A stretch of DNA of 61,252 nt, the filler included, from Porpidia crustulata (Eukaryota): assembly GCA_964255105.1 (NCBI GenBank). It is 7 parts of 7 records of this genome, joined end to end, with 100 filler letters (N's around TTAATTAATTAA, not from the genome) between each part and the next. Parts side by side here need not be neighbours in the genome. Positions count along the whole stretch, not along the records: positions 43,841 to 52,496 come from CAXUWE010001076.1; positions 52,597 to 61,252 come from CAXUWE010001077.1; 5 more parts are not named here. One strand, given 5' to 3'. Made by a program: the position numbers and the translations under genes. Shown piece by piece: positions 50,461 through 59,933 of the stretch. Under the pieces are notes generated by a model. It searched no databases, had not been told where the DNA came from, and worked only from the letters and a program-made list of their open reading frames with translations. Position 1 is the first letter of the stretch; every line of letters starts with the position of its first letter.

Positions 50461-51150
50461 ATGACTCGCGTCACCTACGTTGCGTTCTTCGGTGGACAGG
50501 GTAATAGTATACTTTTCTCCGGAGAAACGGCGGCTGCAGCCCTCAAGAAGGCGAAGTCCTGCCCTACAGCAGCGTTACTGATCTCACGCTGTCATTCTGC
50601 GTTCCTAGATGAGCTACTAAGTGCTCGGACAGCCAAGTCGGCCTCAGTCCTAGACGAGCTTACGCAAGTAATAACGCCAGAAGACCTTCTCAACCCAAAG
50701 ACAGCTCACAATAACCCCATCATCCAAGGATTGACGTTGTGTCTGCACCAGCTACTCGAGTACTTGACATATAGTCTGCCCCCGAATTCTACACTAGAAA
50801 GCGCTCTTGTTCAACACACCAACGAAGCAGTCGGGTTCTGCTCCGGCATCCTGCCAGCCATCGTCGCTAGTTCGGCGAAAACAGTCTGGCAATTCATCAA
50901 TTGCAGTATTCAAGTTGTTCGGTTTGGGTTTTGACTAGGCTACCGCGTAGGTGAGTATTGCGAAGAGCAATTGGGTCATGGATGGAGAGGACAGGGCCCT
51001 TGGGCGATGGCCCTAGTTGCGAGAGACGTCGATGTGGTAATGCTGCAGGAGCGCGTCGCGCTTTTCAATGCCGAGAACCCATCTACCGCTCTGAGTGCGT
51101 CATGTTTCAATCTCATTAATTCAAAACCACTTCAAAAGGGCGCTCTGTGA
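50461..51150 (+). pseudogene. N-terminal SAT domain of a non-reducing (orsellinic-acid-synthase-type) PKS; truncated, with no KS downstream
   Basis: AFFGGQG...LLISRCHSAFLDEL...NNPIIQGLTLCLHQLLEY...AVGFCSGILPAIVASS (GxCxG) ...RFGF*LGYR...PWAM. TGA at 50932-50934 where W is expected; similarity ends ~51090-51150. Confidence 0.8.
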
Positions 51151-51474
51151 TCCTCATCTCGATTACGATGCACAATCTTCCTCCTCAGCCGCCGCAACTT
51201 CATATATTGTGCGAATATAATTAATCAACTCGACTTCAGTCGTCCACGCTCGAGGGTCGGGGAAAAAAGTCGTGGAACACCAAATCAAGCGATCCTCATC
51301 AAACCTCTGTTAATTACATAGCAATTCACGAAGAAACATTAATCACATCGTCACGAAAATATCTTTCAATCTTCTTATCTGAAAGACAATAAATCTTTCT
51401 GCATCTTTAGAATGATCGGAGATGAAAGCAGATTTGCTTTTTGCAGATTGACGAATGTAGTTTGAGTAGATGTA

Positions 51475-51600
51475 CACGTAGATACCCCTCAAATGGTCAC
51501 ACCCCTTAAATGGTCAACCTAACCCTGATTTCAAAATTAGCCCTAACCCTAAGCCGGTTGACCATCTGAGGGGTGTGACCATTTGAGGGGTATATACGAG
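51475..51600. mobile_element. 126-bp MITE with ~45-bp terminal inverted repeats and TA flanks (Tc1/mariner-pogo type)
   Basis: Left CACGTAGATACCCCTCAAATGGTCACACCCCTTAAATGGTCAACC (51475-51519); reverse complement of right CTCGTATATACCCCTCAGATGG-type arm reads CTCGTATATACCCCTCAAATGGTCACACCCCTCAGATGGTCAACC (51556-51600); 4 mismatches. TA at 51473-51474 and 51601-51602. Confidence 0.85.
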
Positions 51601-51714
51601 TAAAGACAAATCAGACGTCGGAGAAGTCGAGAAACGAAAGATTAATTGACACGATCGAGTGAAACAGTGCAAGAAGCGGAACATTTATGTTTTATTCAGG
51701 GTCACAATAACGAT

Positions 51715-51781
51715 ACACCACCCTACCCTACCCGTACACCACCCTACCCTACCCGTACACCACCCTTTCAATACCCGTACA
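51715..51781 (+). repeat. 21-bp tandem repeat (ACACCACCCTACCCTACCCGT) x ~3, upstream of the MULE relic
   Basis: Two perfect copies and a third diverged copy are visible directly. Confidence 0.85.
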
Positions 51782-51910
51782 GCACCCCCCAAATAGGCTT
51801 AGCATTAGGGTTACCAACCTATCCCGCATCAAATTTCATCTCCATCATCCCCATCGCCTTTCCTTCAGGATTTCGCCTTCGAGGCGCATCCAGCGCTTCG
51901 AAAGCTTGTC

Positions 51911-52496
51911 ATGACCTCAGCAGTGCATCAAGAGATTGCTCATCAATCTAGGATTGGTGTATCTTCTAGTCAGATACTCACTGGCCTACGGCTCGATACC
52001 GACGAAGAAACTCCGCTTTTCAAACGAACGGATATATACAATGCCAAAGCTCGTATTCGGCGTCATGCATTGGGTCCTTACACTTCTGTTCAGGCCTTGA
52101 TGCAGGAGCTACTGCGTGATGATTGGTTCTTTAAGCATGAGCAGGACGAGTATAACAGAATTACATGACTCTTCTGTAGTCGTGTTAGCAGTCAGAATAT
52201 ACTGAAGATGAACAGTGAGGTACTGCTCATGGACTGCACCTACAAGACCAACAGATATAAAATGCCGTTGATGGTCATTAATGGGGTGACGGGGATCAAC
52301 AAGACTTTCTATGTCGGCTTCGCCTTTTTATCGAGCGAATTTACACCTGATTTTGAGTGGGTTTGCACTCAACTGAATACTCTGTACGACAGTCTGAATA
52401 TTCGGCATCCCGAGGTGAACACGTTCTAGCGCAGGTGGAACAACAAGAGCAAGGAGGGGATCAAGGGCAACAACAGGGGCAACAACAGGGGCGGGG
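51911..52496 (+). mobile_element. Mutator-like (MULE/Hop-type) transposase relic
   Basis: SSQILTGLR...DIYNAKARIRR..LG..T.VQALMQEL...NRIT*LFCSR...SEVLLMDCTYKTNRYKMPL...GVTGINKTFYVGFAFLSSE....F.W; TGA at 52166-52168; breaks off near 52420 before the rest of the DDE domain. Confidence 0.9.
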
Positions 52497-52596
52497 NNNN
52501 NNNNNNNNNNNNNNNNNNNNNNNNNNNNNNNNNNNNNNNNTTAATTAATTAANNNNNNNNNNNNNNNNNNNNNNNNNNNNNNNNNNNNNNNNNNNN
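52497..52596. other. Artificial contig linker N44-TTAATTAATTAA-N44
   Basis: Same 100-nt spacer. Confidence 0.98.
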
Positions 52597-52945
52597 GGCT
52601 AGGGCGGGCGGATGTTGAACGCTGTGACATTTGAAGAATTTTCGAGCGAGTTATGATGTGACGTGAGATTTGTTTGTGCGTCGATGATTGAATCCGCGAC
52701 CGTGCGTTGAGATGGAGAGAGAATGTTACTTTTTGAGTTTTGTTGCTAATAAATGACAATGCGCGACGTGACGAGTAAGTTTGAATACAAAAGCGTTGGG
52801 AGGCTTTTGTTCGATCTTATATCGGAGAGAAAGAATAGACGTTGCTCTTTGTGTGTATGACGAACATTTCACTAAATTGAGGAAGCGATGAACCACCGTA
52901 TACGCCAAGTACCAAGTATCGCGGCATCAAGACTTCTGGTCAGGC

Positions 52946-55080
52946 TTACGGATGTTCTCTGTTCCAGCACCTGTACCATTCCAGACATTCCGAATTTGCT
53001 ACTGAAGATGAGGTTTTGACGTTTGTGCCACATAGGATCTGCTTGACTGCGACCTCGATTTTCTTGCCGTTGGTCGTGACGGGTATCTCTGGGCATTCTT
53101 CGACAACAGCCGGGACGTGCCTGGCACTCAACTCGGTCCTTATGGTTGCCTGGATCTTCTTCCCGAGATCTTCGGAGAAGCCTCCCTTTTGCACCATCTT
53201 GACGAAAAGAACCACGGTTTCGTCCGTATCAATTTCTCTTCTCCTACCGATGCACAACGCATCTTCGATCTCCGGGAAATGCTTCAGTAGTATGTTGTAG
53301 ATTTCCGCACTGCCATATCTTACACCGGCAGGCTTTAGCACTCCATCGCTTCGTCCAAGCATAATCATCCCACCAGTTTCGGGATTAAACCTCACAAAAT
53401 CACCATGATGCCAAATTTCAGGAAAGGGTTCAAAGTAGCTTTTCTTGTAAAGTTGATCACCTCCAGCACCCCAGAACATGACTGGCTGGCAGGGAAACGG
53501 TTTCACACAGACAAGATCTCCAGGCTCTCCCGTGGCCGTGACATTTTGGCCTTGAAAATCCCATGCCTCTACTGCCATTCCAAGACCACGGACCTGAATC
53601 TCACCAGTAAAGACTGGGGAGAGAGATGAAGGCGCTCCAAACAGTGAGATAATATCTGTACCTCCAGTGATACTTCCAAGGTTTATGTCTGGACCAAATG
53701 CCCTATAGACGTATCCAAAAGTCGAAGGTGCAAGAGGACTACCTGTGCTATATATAGCCTTTAATTTCCTCAACGATAGCTCTGGCTTCGGCATAACATT
53801 TTTCTGCTCGAGTATGGAGAGATACTTGGCAGATGTTCCAAAATGCGTGATACCAAGTTCCTCGATTAGCCGCGGCATAGCCAGCTCGCCACTTCCATCA
53901 TTATCTAGCGGTCGGAAGGGGGAGCCGTCGTAGAAAACGATTGTAGCTCCTCCAGCGAGGCCTGATACCAACCACTAAATTTGAATGTCAGCAATTACTT
54001 GGGGAATGATAACAGGTGCAGTGAAGGTCAAATCAGGGTAAATCATACATGCCACATCATCCATGTGCAGGTCGTGAAGTAAAATAGACGATCTCCCGGG
54101 TGTATGTCGCACTGGATGTCGTGCTCTTTCTTGTGCTGAATCAGAGTACCTATTGCACCATGAACGATGCACTTTGGCCTTCCCGTAGTTCCTGAAGAAT
54201 ATAATATATACACAGGATGATCCGGTTGCAATTGCGCAAACCGAGCTCCGGCCTCATCATGCTCCATGTATGATGAAATGAATTCATCATACGACCAGGC
54301 TCTCCCATCCACGGTTGATATACCGTCAAGATCCACTTCACGCTCTTTGACTGTCTTAAAAATGACGACCGCTTTAAGTCGCGGCAGGGCTTTCGCTATG
54401 TCTATCAGCTTGTCATGGACGTCATGTATTTTGCCGTTGTACTTGACAGCATTGTCAGCAAAAAGGATAACCGGTTCTATTTGCCGTACCCTATCCAGGA
54501 CAGCATGGACGCCGGTATCGGGAGACACGGCGGTCCAGACGGCTCCAATTGACGTTGCTGAAAGCATAGCAATAAGAGCGTTGGTATGATTCGCTACGTA
54601 ACCAGCTACTCGATCTCCTTCCGAGAGCCCAAGTGCTCTCATAGCTGCGCTACATTGATAGACACGCTCTCGAAGTTGTTTCCATGTCACATGTTCTCGT
54701 GATTCTTCATTAGCTGATATGACAGCAAGAGACTTTTCATCCGGATCACACTGAGGATAGAGTAGATTCTCTGCAAAATTGAGTCTTGCGTCCTTGAAGA
54801 ACGTGGGGCGAGGGAACATTGGGGCGTCTTCGTCCACTGTTTTAGTGAACGGTTGTGACGCTCGTACACCGGTGAAATGCCAGACTTCTGTCCAGAAATC
54901 CTCGATATGGGTTACACTCCACTTCCGAAGATCCTCATATTCGCGTAATTCAAGGTTGTATTTTTCTTCAACGAGCCTTTTGAATTGAAACATCCGTGTC
55001 GATGTGGGATTTGAATGTTTCCAGAGCATGTTATGGTCTAGATCAGAGCCACCATGATCAGACTGCTTCTTGGTCGCCAT
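52946..55080 (-). CDS. Acetoacetyl-CoA synthetase (acetoacetate-CoA ligase); one intron ~53976-54050
   Basis: LRKWSV...FWTEVW, ARLNFAENLL, YILYSSGTTGRPKCIVHG, YFTTCTWMMW, LGSITGGTDI, WHHGDF, GRSDGVLKPAGVRYGSAEIY, IPVTTNGKKIEVAVK. Confidence 0.95.
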
Positions 55081-56265
55081 GATGTCCGTGGTCCTTTGGA
55101 TAGATATATATTTTTATTCCAGGCGAAATACAGTTACAAATAATCTCAATACTTTTGTGGGTAATTATCATACAGTCTTGGACCGGTTGTTCAGTTCACG
55201 AAAACCAACACTCTCGCCATCCTGCCAATATACACAATCGTCCATAGGAGTGTAGCGTTGACTTGAGCACCTGGATGAATATTTCATCTGCGGAGTATAA
55301 AGAGCCGGGATGCGAAATGATGACGTCCTATCAGCCCTACAAGGATAGCTGAATATGCATCTTTACGCGACGTCGTCACCCCTGCTTCCCTGCCTCGTTC
55401 TGATTGGATCCTTAGCGTACTCCTGTCCATGTATGCAATCTCCCAGTCTTCAACATTCCCTCCTTCTGCCTCCTTATGGGGTAACCATCCCTCTCATCTT
55501 CCTCCTCCAGCTTCGTTTCTCATCTTTTGCGACATCTTCGTGGTCTTCAACAGCGTTCAAGCGGTAGAATTAATTGTCTTTGTTGCTGTCCAGCCTTTGT
55601 GACCTAACTCAGTTGCCACAACACCGGGACGAGACCCTATCATCAAAATCCGACCACGACAACGGAATCGAACGGAATTCGTGCATGATTTGGAAGCCAA
55701 GCGCGTCGACCTCACGAACATTTTCATCAGAGCCTTTCCAGTTGAGAGTCAGTTGACTTGACACAGTCATCGCCAAGGCTGTTTTCATCATCAGCGTGCT
55801 TCAAGCTACCTGCTGCTAAGGTACCTGCGCATTCTTGGCGTTCGGTAAGCTCGGAGCGCAAACGCCTTCCTGTCACCATAAAGTTGCTCGTTCCGCTGTC
55901 GACTCCGGACACATCAAGTCCTCTTACCCTTTTTTCGTGCTGTTACCCCATGATCGATCATATTTGAAAGCGAGGGCAAATTCATTGCCGGATTTGCGTT
56001 TACTGCAACGTCCCACAATTCAATTCCTTTGGCGCATTAATGCTATAATAGAAGTCTAGACTGCTTCGCCTCCAACACCGCCGCTCCACTTGCGCTTCCT
56101 TCACAACTTTGCGGCTCAACAGCATACGACGCCATCTGGAGCCGGATACCACTTAAAATCCCATTTCTTTGACGTGGAAATATTGAGCATTCTTTGGATC
56201 TGCCATTGACCCTGCAAGCCCCAACATCGGTTATTGTCATCAATTCCTCACGTCGCTGCTCCGTA

Positions 56266-58320
56266 ATGCCTCGAAAAGCTGCGAATATTTTTGCCAACAC
56301 CTGGCCTACCGCCATGACGACGCCGACGCTATTTGATGAGAAAAGAGAGCTGCCCCGGCGGCCGTCGACCTCGCGAGCAAACAAATTGGTCCAATTCTTT
56401 TCCACGTCGCCAAAATCGAAGGCCGAAGTTCAGACTGCAACGTCTGCCCTTCTCGCTGCCGCCGCTACCCAGCAACATGCTTTCTTGAACTCCCCGGGAA
56501 TCAGCTCTCCCTCCCTGTCTTTACCTACAATATCGTTGTCGACCGCAAGAGCTGATAGTGCCAATACGGATGAACCACCCACCACACTATTTCAACCGCC
56601 CTCACCCGCTGAAGCTCGGCGCATAGCAAGGCAGCACGCGCAATTTGGCCCCTTGGGCCACTCGAGCCATCGGTATACCAGCCGTCATGTCGGTGGAGAT
56701 TTCGAGGAACCAGTAATGGACGAGCCGCCGTATTACTACCTTCTCACGACTTACATCAGCTACCTAATTCTAATCATATTTGGGCACGTGAGGGATTTCT
56801 TTGGCAAACGGTTTAGAGAAGAGCATTACCGGCACCTGCAGGCACGCAATGGCTATGCGCCGTTAAATAGCGACTTTGATAATTTCTACGTCAGAAGATT
56901 AAAAATGAGGATCAACGACTGCTTCGCAAGGCCAGTCACCGGTGTACCTGGGCGTTATATCACGTTGATCGATCGTTCATCAGATGATCATAACCTCCAT
57001 TTCAAGCTTACGGGTACAACAACCGAAACGCTGAACATGAGTTCTTACAATTATTTGGGCTTTGCTCAGTCAGAAGGACCCTGTGCTGATGCTGTAGAGG
57101 AGACGGTCAGGAAATATGGATTGACATTTGCGAGCCCCCGTGGTGACTTTGGTACCTCCGATTTGCATGTCGACTTGGAAGATCAAATTGCCGAATTTGT
57201 TGGCAAGCCGTCGGCAATGATATTCTCAATGGGCTTCGGCACCAACGCAACCGCCTTCCCTGCACTCGTTGGAAAAGGATGCCTCATCATTTCCGATGAG
57301 CTGAACCACGCTTCAATTCGCATGGGGTCACGTTTATCTGGTGGGATGATCGAAATGTTCAAGCACAATGATGTCCAAGACCTCGAAAGAGTCTTGCGCG
57401 AAGTCATTTCCCAAGGACAGCCAAGAACCCACCGGCCATGGAAGAAGATCCTCGTGGTCGTGGAAGGCCTATACTCTATGGAAGGCGACATGTGCAATTT
57501 GCCCGGCCTCATTGCCTTGAAGAAGAAGTACAAGTTTAACCTTTTTGTCGATGAAGCTCACTCCATCGGGGCCCTAGGTCCCAATGGAAAAGGTGTCTGC
57601 GATTATTTTGGTATCAATCCGTCCGAGGTAGATATCTTGATGGGCACGTTTACTAAATCATTTGGTGCGAACGGCGGATACATTGCGGGTGACAAGGCAA
57701 TCATCGACAAGCTACGGGTCACCAATGCTGGATCAGTCTATGCAGAGACGCCCAGTCCATTAATTCTTTCACAGATATCTTCTGCTCTCAGGATCATCAC
57801 CGGTGAGCTCGTGCCGGGACAAGGGCTCGAAAGGCTCGAACGATTGGCATTTAATTCCCGCTATCTCCGTCTCGGGCTGAAGCGACTTGGCTTCATCGTC
57901 TACGGCCATGACGACTCTCCCATCGTACCGGTACTACTTTACAATCCCGCCAAAATGCCGGCTTTCTCGCATGAAATGCTTAAACGCAAAATATCGGTGG
58001 TTGTGGTTGGCTACCCAGCTACGCCGCTTGTCTCATCACGGGCCAGATTTTGTTTGTCTGCAGCACACACAAAAGAAGACATGGATAGACTGCTAGCCGC
58101 TTGCGATGAAATTGGGAACGTTCTACAGCTCAAGTTCTCATCCGGTTCTGCCGGAGGTGCGGAGCCATTGCCGGAAGGGGTCACTCCAGAGATGGAAAAG
58201 GAATGGAAGCGTACCCAGAAGAGCGACGGACAAGGAGAACTTGTCTTGCAGCCTCCCCGTTGGAAATTGGACGATGTCTTGAAGAAAGGAGTGCAAGATG
58301 TCAAGACGCCTTTACGGTAG
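56266..58320 (+). CDS. lcb2: Serine palmitoyltransferase catalytic subunit 2 (PLP-dependent), apparently intronless
   Basis: LNSDFDNFYVRRLKMRINDCFARP, NMSSYNYLGF, SDELNHASI, VEGLYSMEG, VDEAHSIG, PLP-lysine motif GTFTKSFG, VVVGYPATPLVSSRARFCLSA. Confidence 0.97.
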   Translation: MPRKAANIFANTWPTAMTTPTLFDEKRELPRRPSTSRANKLVQFFSTSPKSKAEVQTATSALLAAAATQQHAFLNSPGISSPSLSLPTISLSTARADSANTDEPPTTLFQPPSPAEARRIARQHAQFGPLGHSSHRYTSRHVGGDFEEPVMDEPPYYYLLTTYISYLILIIFGHVRDFFGKRFREEHYRHLQARNGYAPLNSDFDNFYVRRLKMRINDCFARPVTGVPGRYITLIDRSSDDHNLHFKLTGTTTETLNMSSYNYLGFAQSEGPCADAVEETVRKYGLTFASPRGDFGTSDLHVDLEDQIAEFVGKPSAMIFSMGFGTNATAFPALVGKGCLIISDELNHASIRMGSRLSGGMIEMFKHNDVQDLERVLREVISQGQPRTHRPWKKILVVVEGLYSMEGDMCNLPGLIALKKKYKFNLFVDEAHSIGALGPNGKGVCDYFGINPSEVDILMGTFTKSFGANGGYIAGDKAIIDKLRVTNAGSVYAETPSPLILSQISSALRIITGELVPGQGLERLERLAFNSRYLRLGLKRLGFIVYGHDDSPIVPVLLYNPAKMPAFSHEMLKRKISVVVVGYPATPLVSSRARFCLSAAHTKEDMDRLLAACDEIGNVLQLKFSSGSAGGAEPLPEGVTPEMEKEWKRTQKSDGQGELVLQPPRWKLDDVLKKGVQDVKTPLR

Positions 58321-59933
58321 CCACCACGTCCGCCCACAGCACTCCACCTTGCTCATGCCTAATGTTGCTTTCTGTACCTTTTATCATTCGGGACGGACGG
58401 CCGTTCCTAAAGGCGCATCTAGATGTCACCTTGAGCGACTCCATTCTTTACCGCGGTCGTTGTGCTCGCGGGAACGAGCAACAGCTCCGTCAACCCTTTA
58501 CGCCTCTTATAGACATTATGTTTATTCGATGGTGAGTATAGCCGAGAAAAGAGTTGGGCACAAGCCCAGGATCACATTTCTCCTCGGCTAGACCACCGAT
58601 TAACACTGGACCAATTGGGCCGGTCCCTTGCTAGACGTTTAATTACCAGGCTCCTGTAAATAGACTGGCCTTCGGTTTGGCCGACAGCCTTCCCTCTGTG
58701 TAGATAGAAACCTAGAAAAGTTTATTTCAAGATATGATTTAATAATATTGATATCAATAGAAAGTTCTCGGTGACTGTGAGCGGATGTCTATCTGTGATC
58801 CAGATACTGGATATAGAGCGGACGCTGACCGTGCCACGCTTCACCTGCCTTGACATTCCGGTCCGTGAAGTAGACGTGTTTTGGTGAGTGCTTTGCCAGA
58901 GAAAAGCGGTCCCTAGGAATCGCTGACCGTCGGCAGACATCTAGGATGATAGGCTATCAAAAGATAGCCGAGCCTCTGGCTATGGGCTGGGAAAAGGGGG
59001 AACTGGATTGTCTCACCTGCAGCGATCAGGACGGTCAACTTGGAGAGATCAGCAATGTCTGTTGCTGGATTGAACGCCATGCTGCCTCGGACTTTCGAAG
59101 TTGGGTAACTCTTACAGAATGCATCGTGGAAGATTGTAGAAGTAATCGAGGTATTAAGATGGAAGTGCCGGTCGTCCACGAGGCGGTGAAGATGCAGGTC
59201 AAATAACAATTATATCGTCACGAATCCTGATAATAGAAACTACAAGGCCAGGTTACTCTAGATGCAAGTACATATGACTTTGAAATCCAGAGGACGTCAC
59301 GGAGAGGCCCGAGAGCTTTGTTGCTGAGACGCGATTGCTTTCGAAATGTAGTGCCAAGATGCAATGGTCAAAGGGAGAGATTAAAGAGAATGAGTCATAC
59401 GAGAGCTATACAATGGAAGCAAAGAAGGAAATCTTAACGTGATGACTGTGGGGGTCTAGTAAAGCAGTAGTAAAGCGGTAGACGGCACATATCTTCACAT
59501 AGACATATCGATGTTGATTGCATCTGCCACCCATCTTCCACCGTATTGCATTGCACCCCCTGATTTCTCCTTCCATCTGGACAAATGAATTTATCGAAGC
59601 TTGCCCTGATCATGTGACGTGACAGCCCTTACCTTAAGTAACAGAGCACAGCCACAGCTTCATACAGAAGTCAACAATACCATGGTGTTTCTGCTCGAAA
59701 TCTTTTTTTGTCGTCCACTACCACTAGCCGACAGAAGGATTTCATCCATGTTTCATTGTTCCTTGAACCGCCAGGCCAATCGCATTGGTCAATGAAGTTT
59801 CACATGAGCTTCACACCAAAGTTGCAACCCCTCAGCCGTTGATGGACGACATGGCAGTGCCTGCATCCCATTATAGTCAAGTATTAAGAGACCACGTCAA
59901 CTTCGACGCCTTTTAAATACCAGATGACCTCCA

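Noticed and set aside
44667..50934. One in-frame TGA in each of the OMT, A-T-R and PKS genes as UGA recoding or A-to-I stop-codon repair
   Set aside because: TGA is the normal stop of niaD, cct7 and the TF. Fungal A-to-I repair typically acts on UAG. One TGA sits at a likely Cys position, and the same genes carry frameshifts, a dead splice site, a lost catalytic Lys and a truncation.
51519..51552. CCCTAA hexamers as a chromosome end
   Set aside because: Only two to three units, internal to a MITE and followed by further sequence.
12290..52496. RIP as the general cause of pseudogenisation
   Set aside because: The inferred lesions are mixed (TGG to TGA, TGY to TGA, CGA to TGA, GT to TT, indels) rather than dominated by CpA to TpA. 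RIP indices would need to be computed before making the claim.
56194..56265. TTG-initiated N-terminal extension of Lcb2 given by the ORF track
   Set aside because: An in-frame ATG at 56266 gives a plausible start, and there is no evidence for non-AUG initiation.
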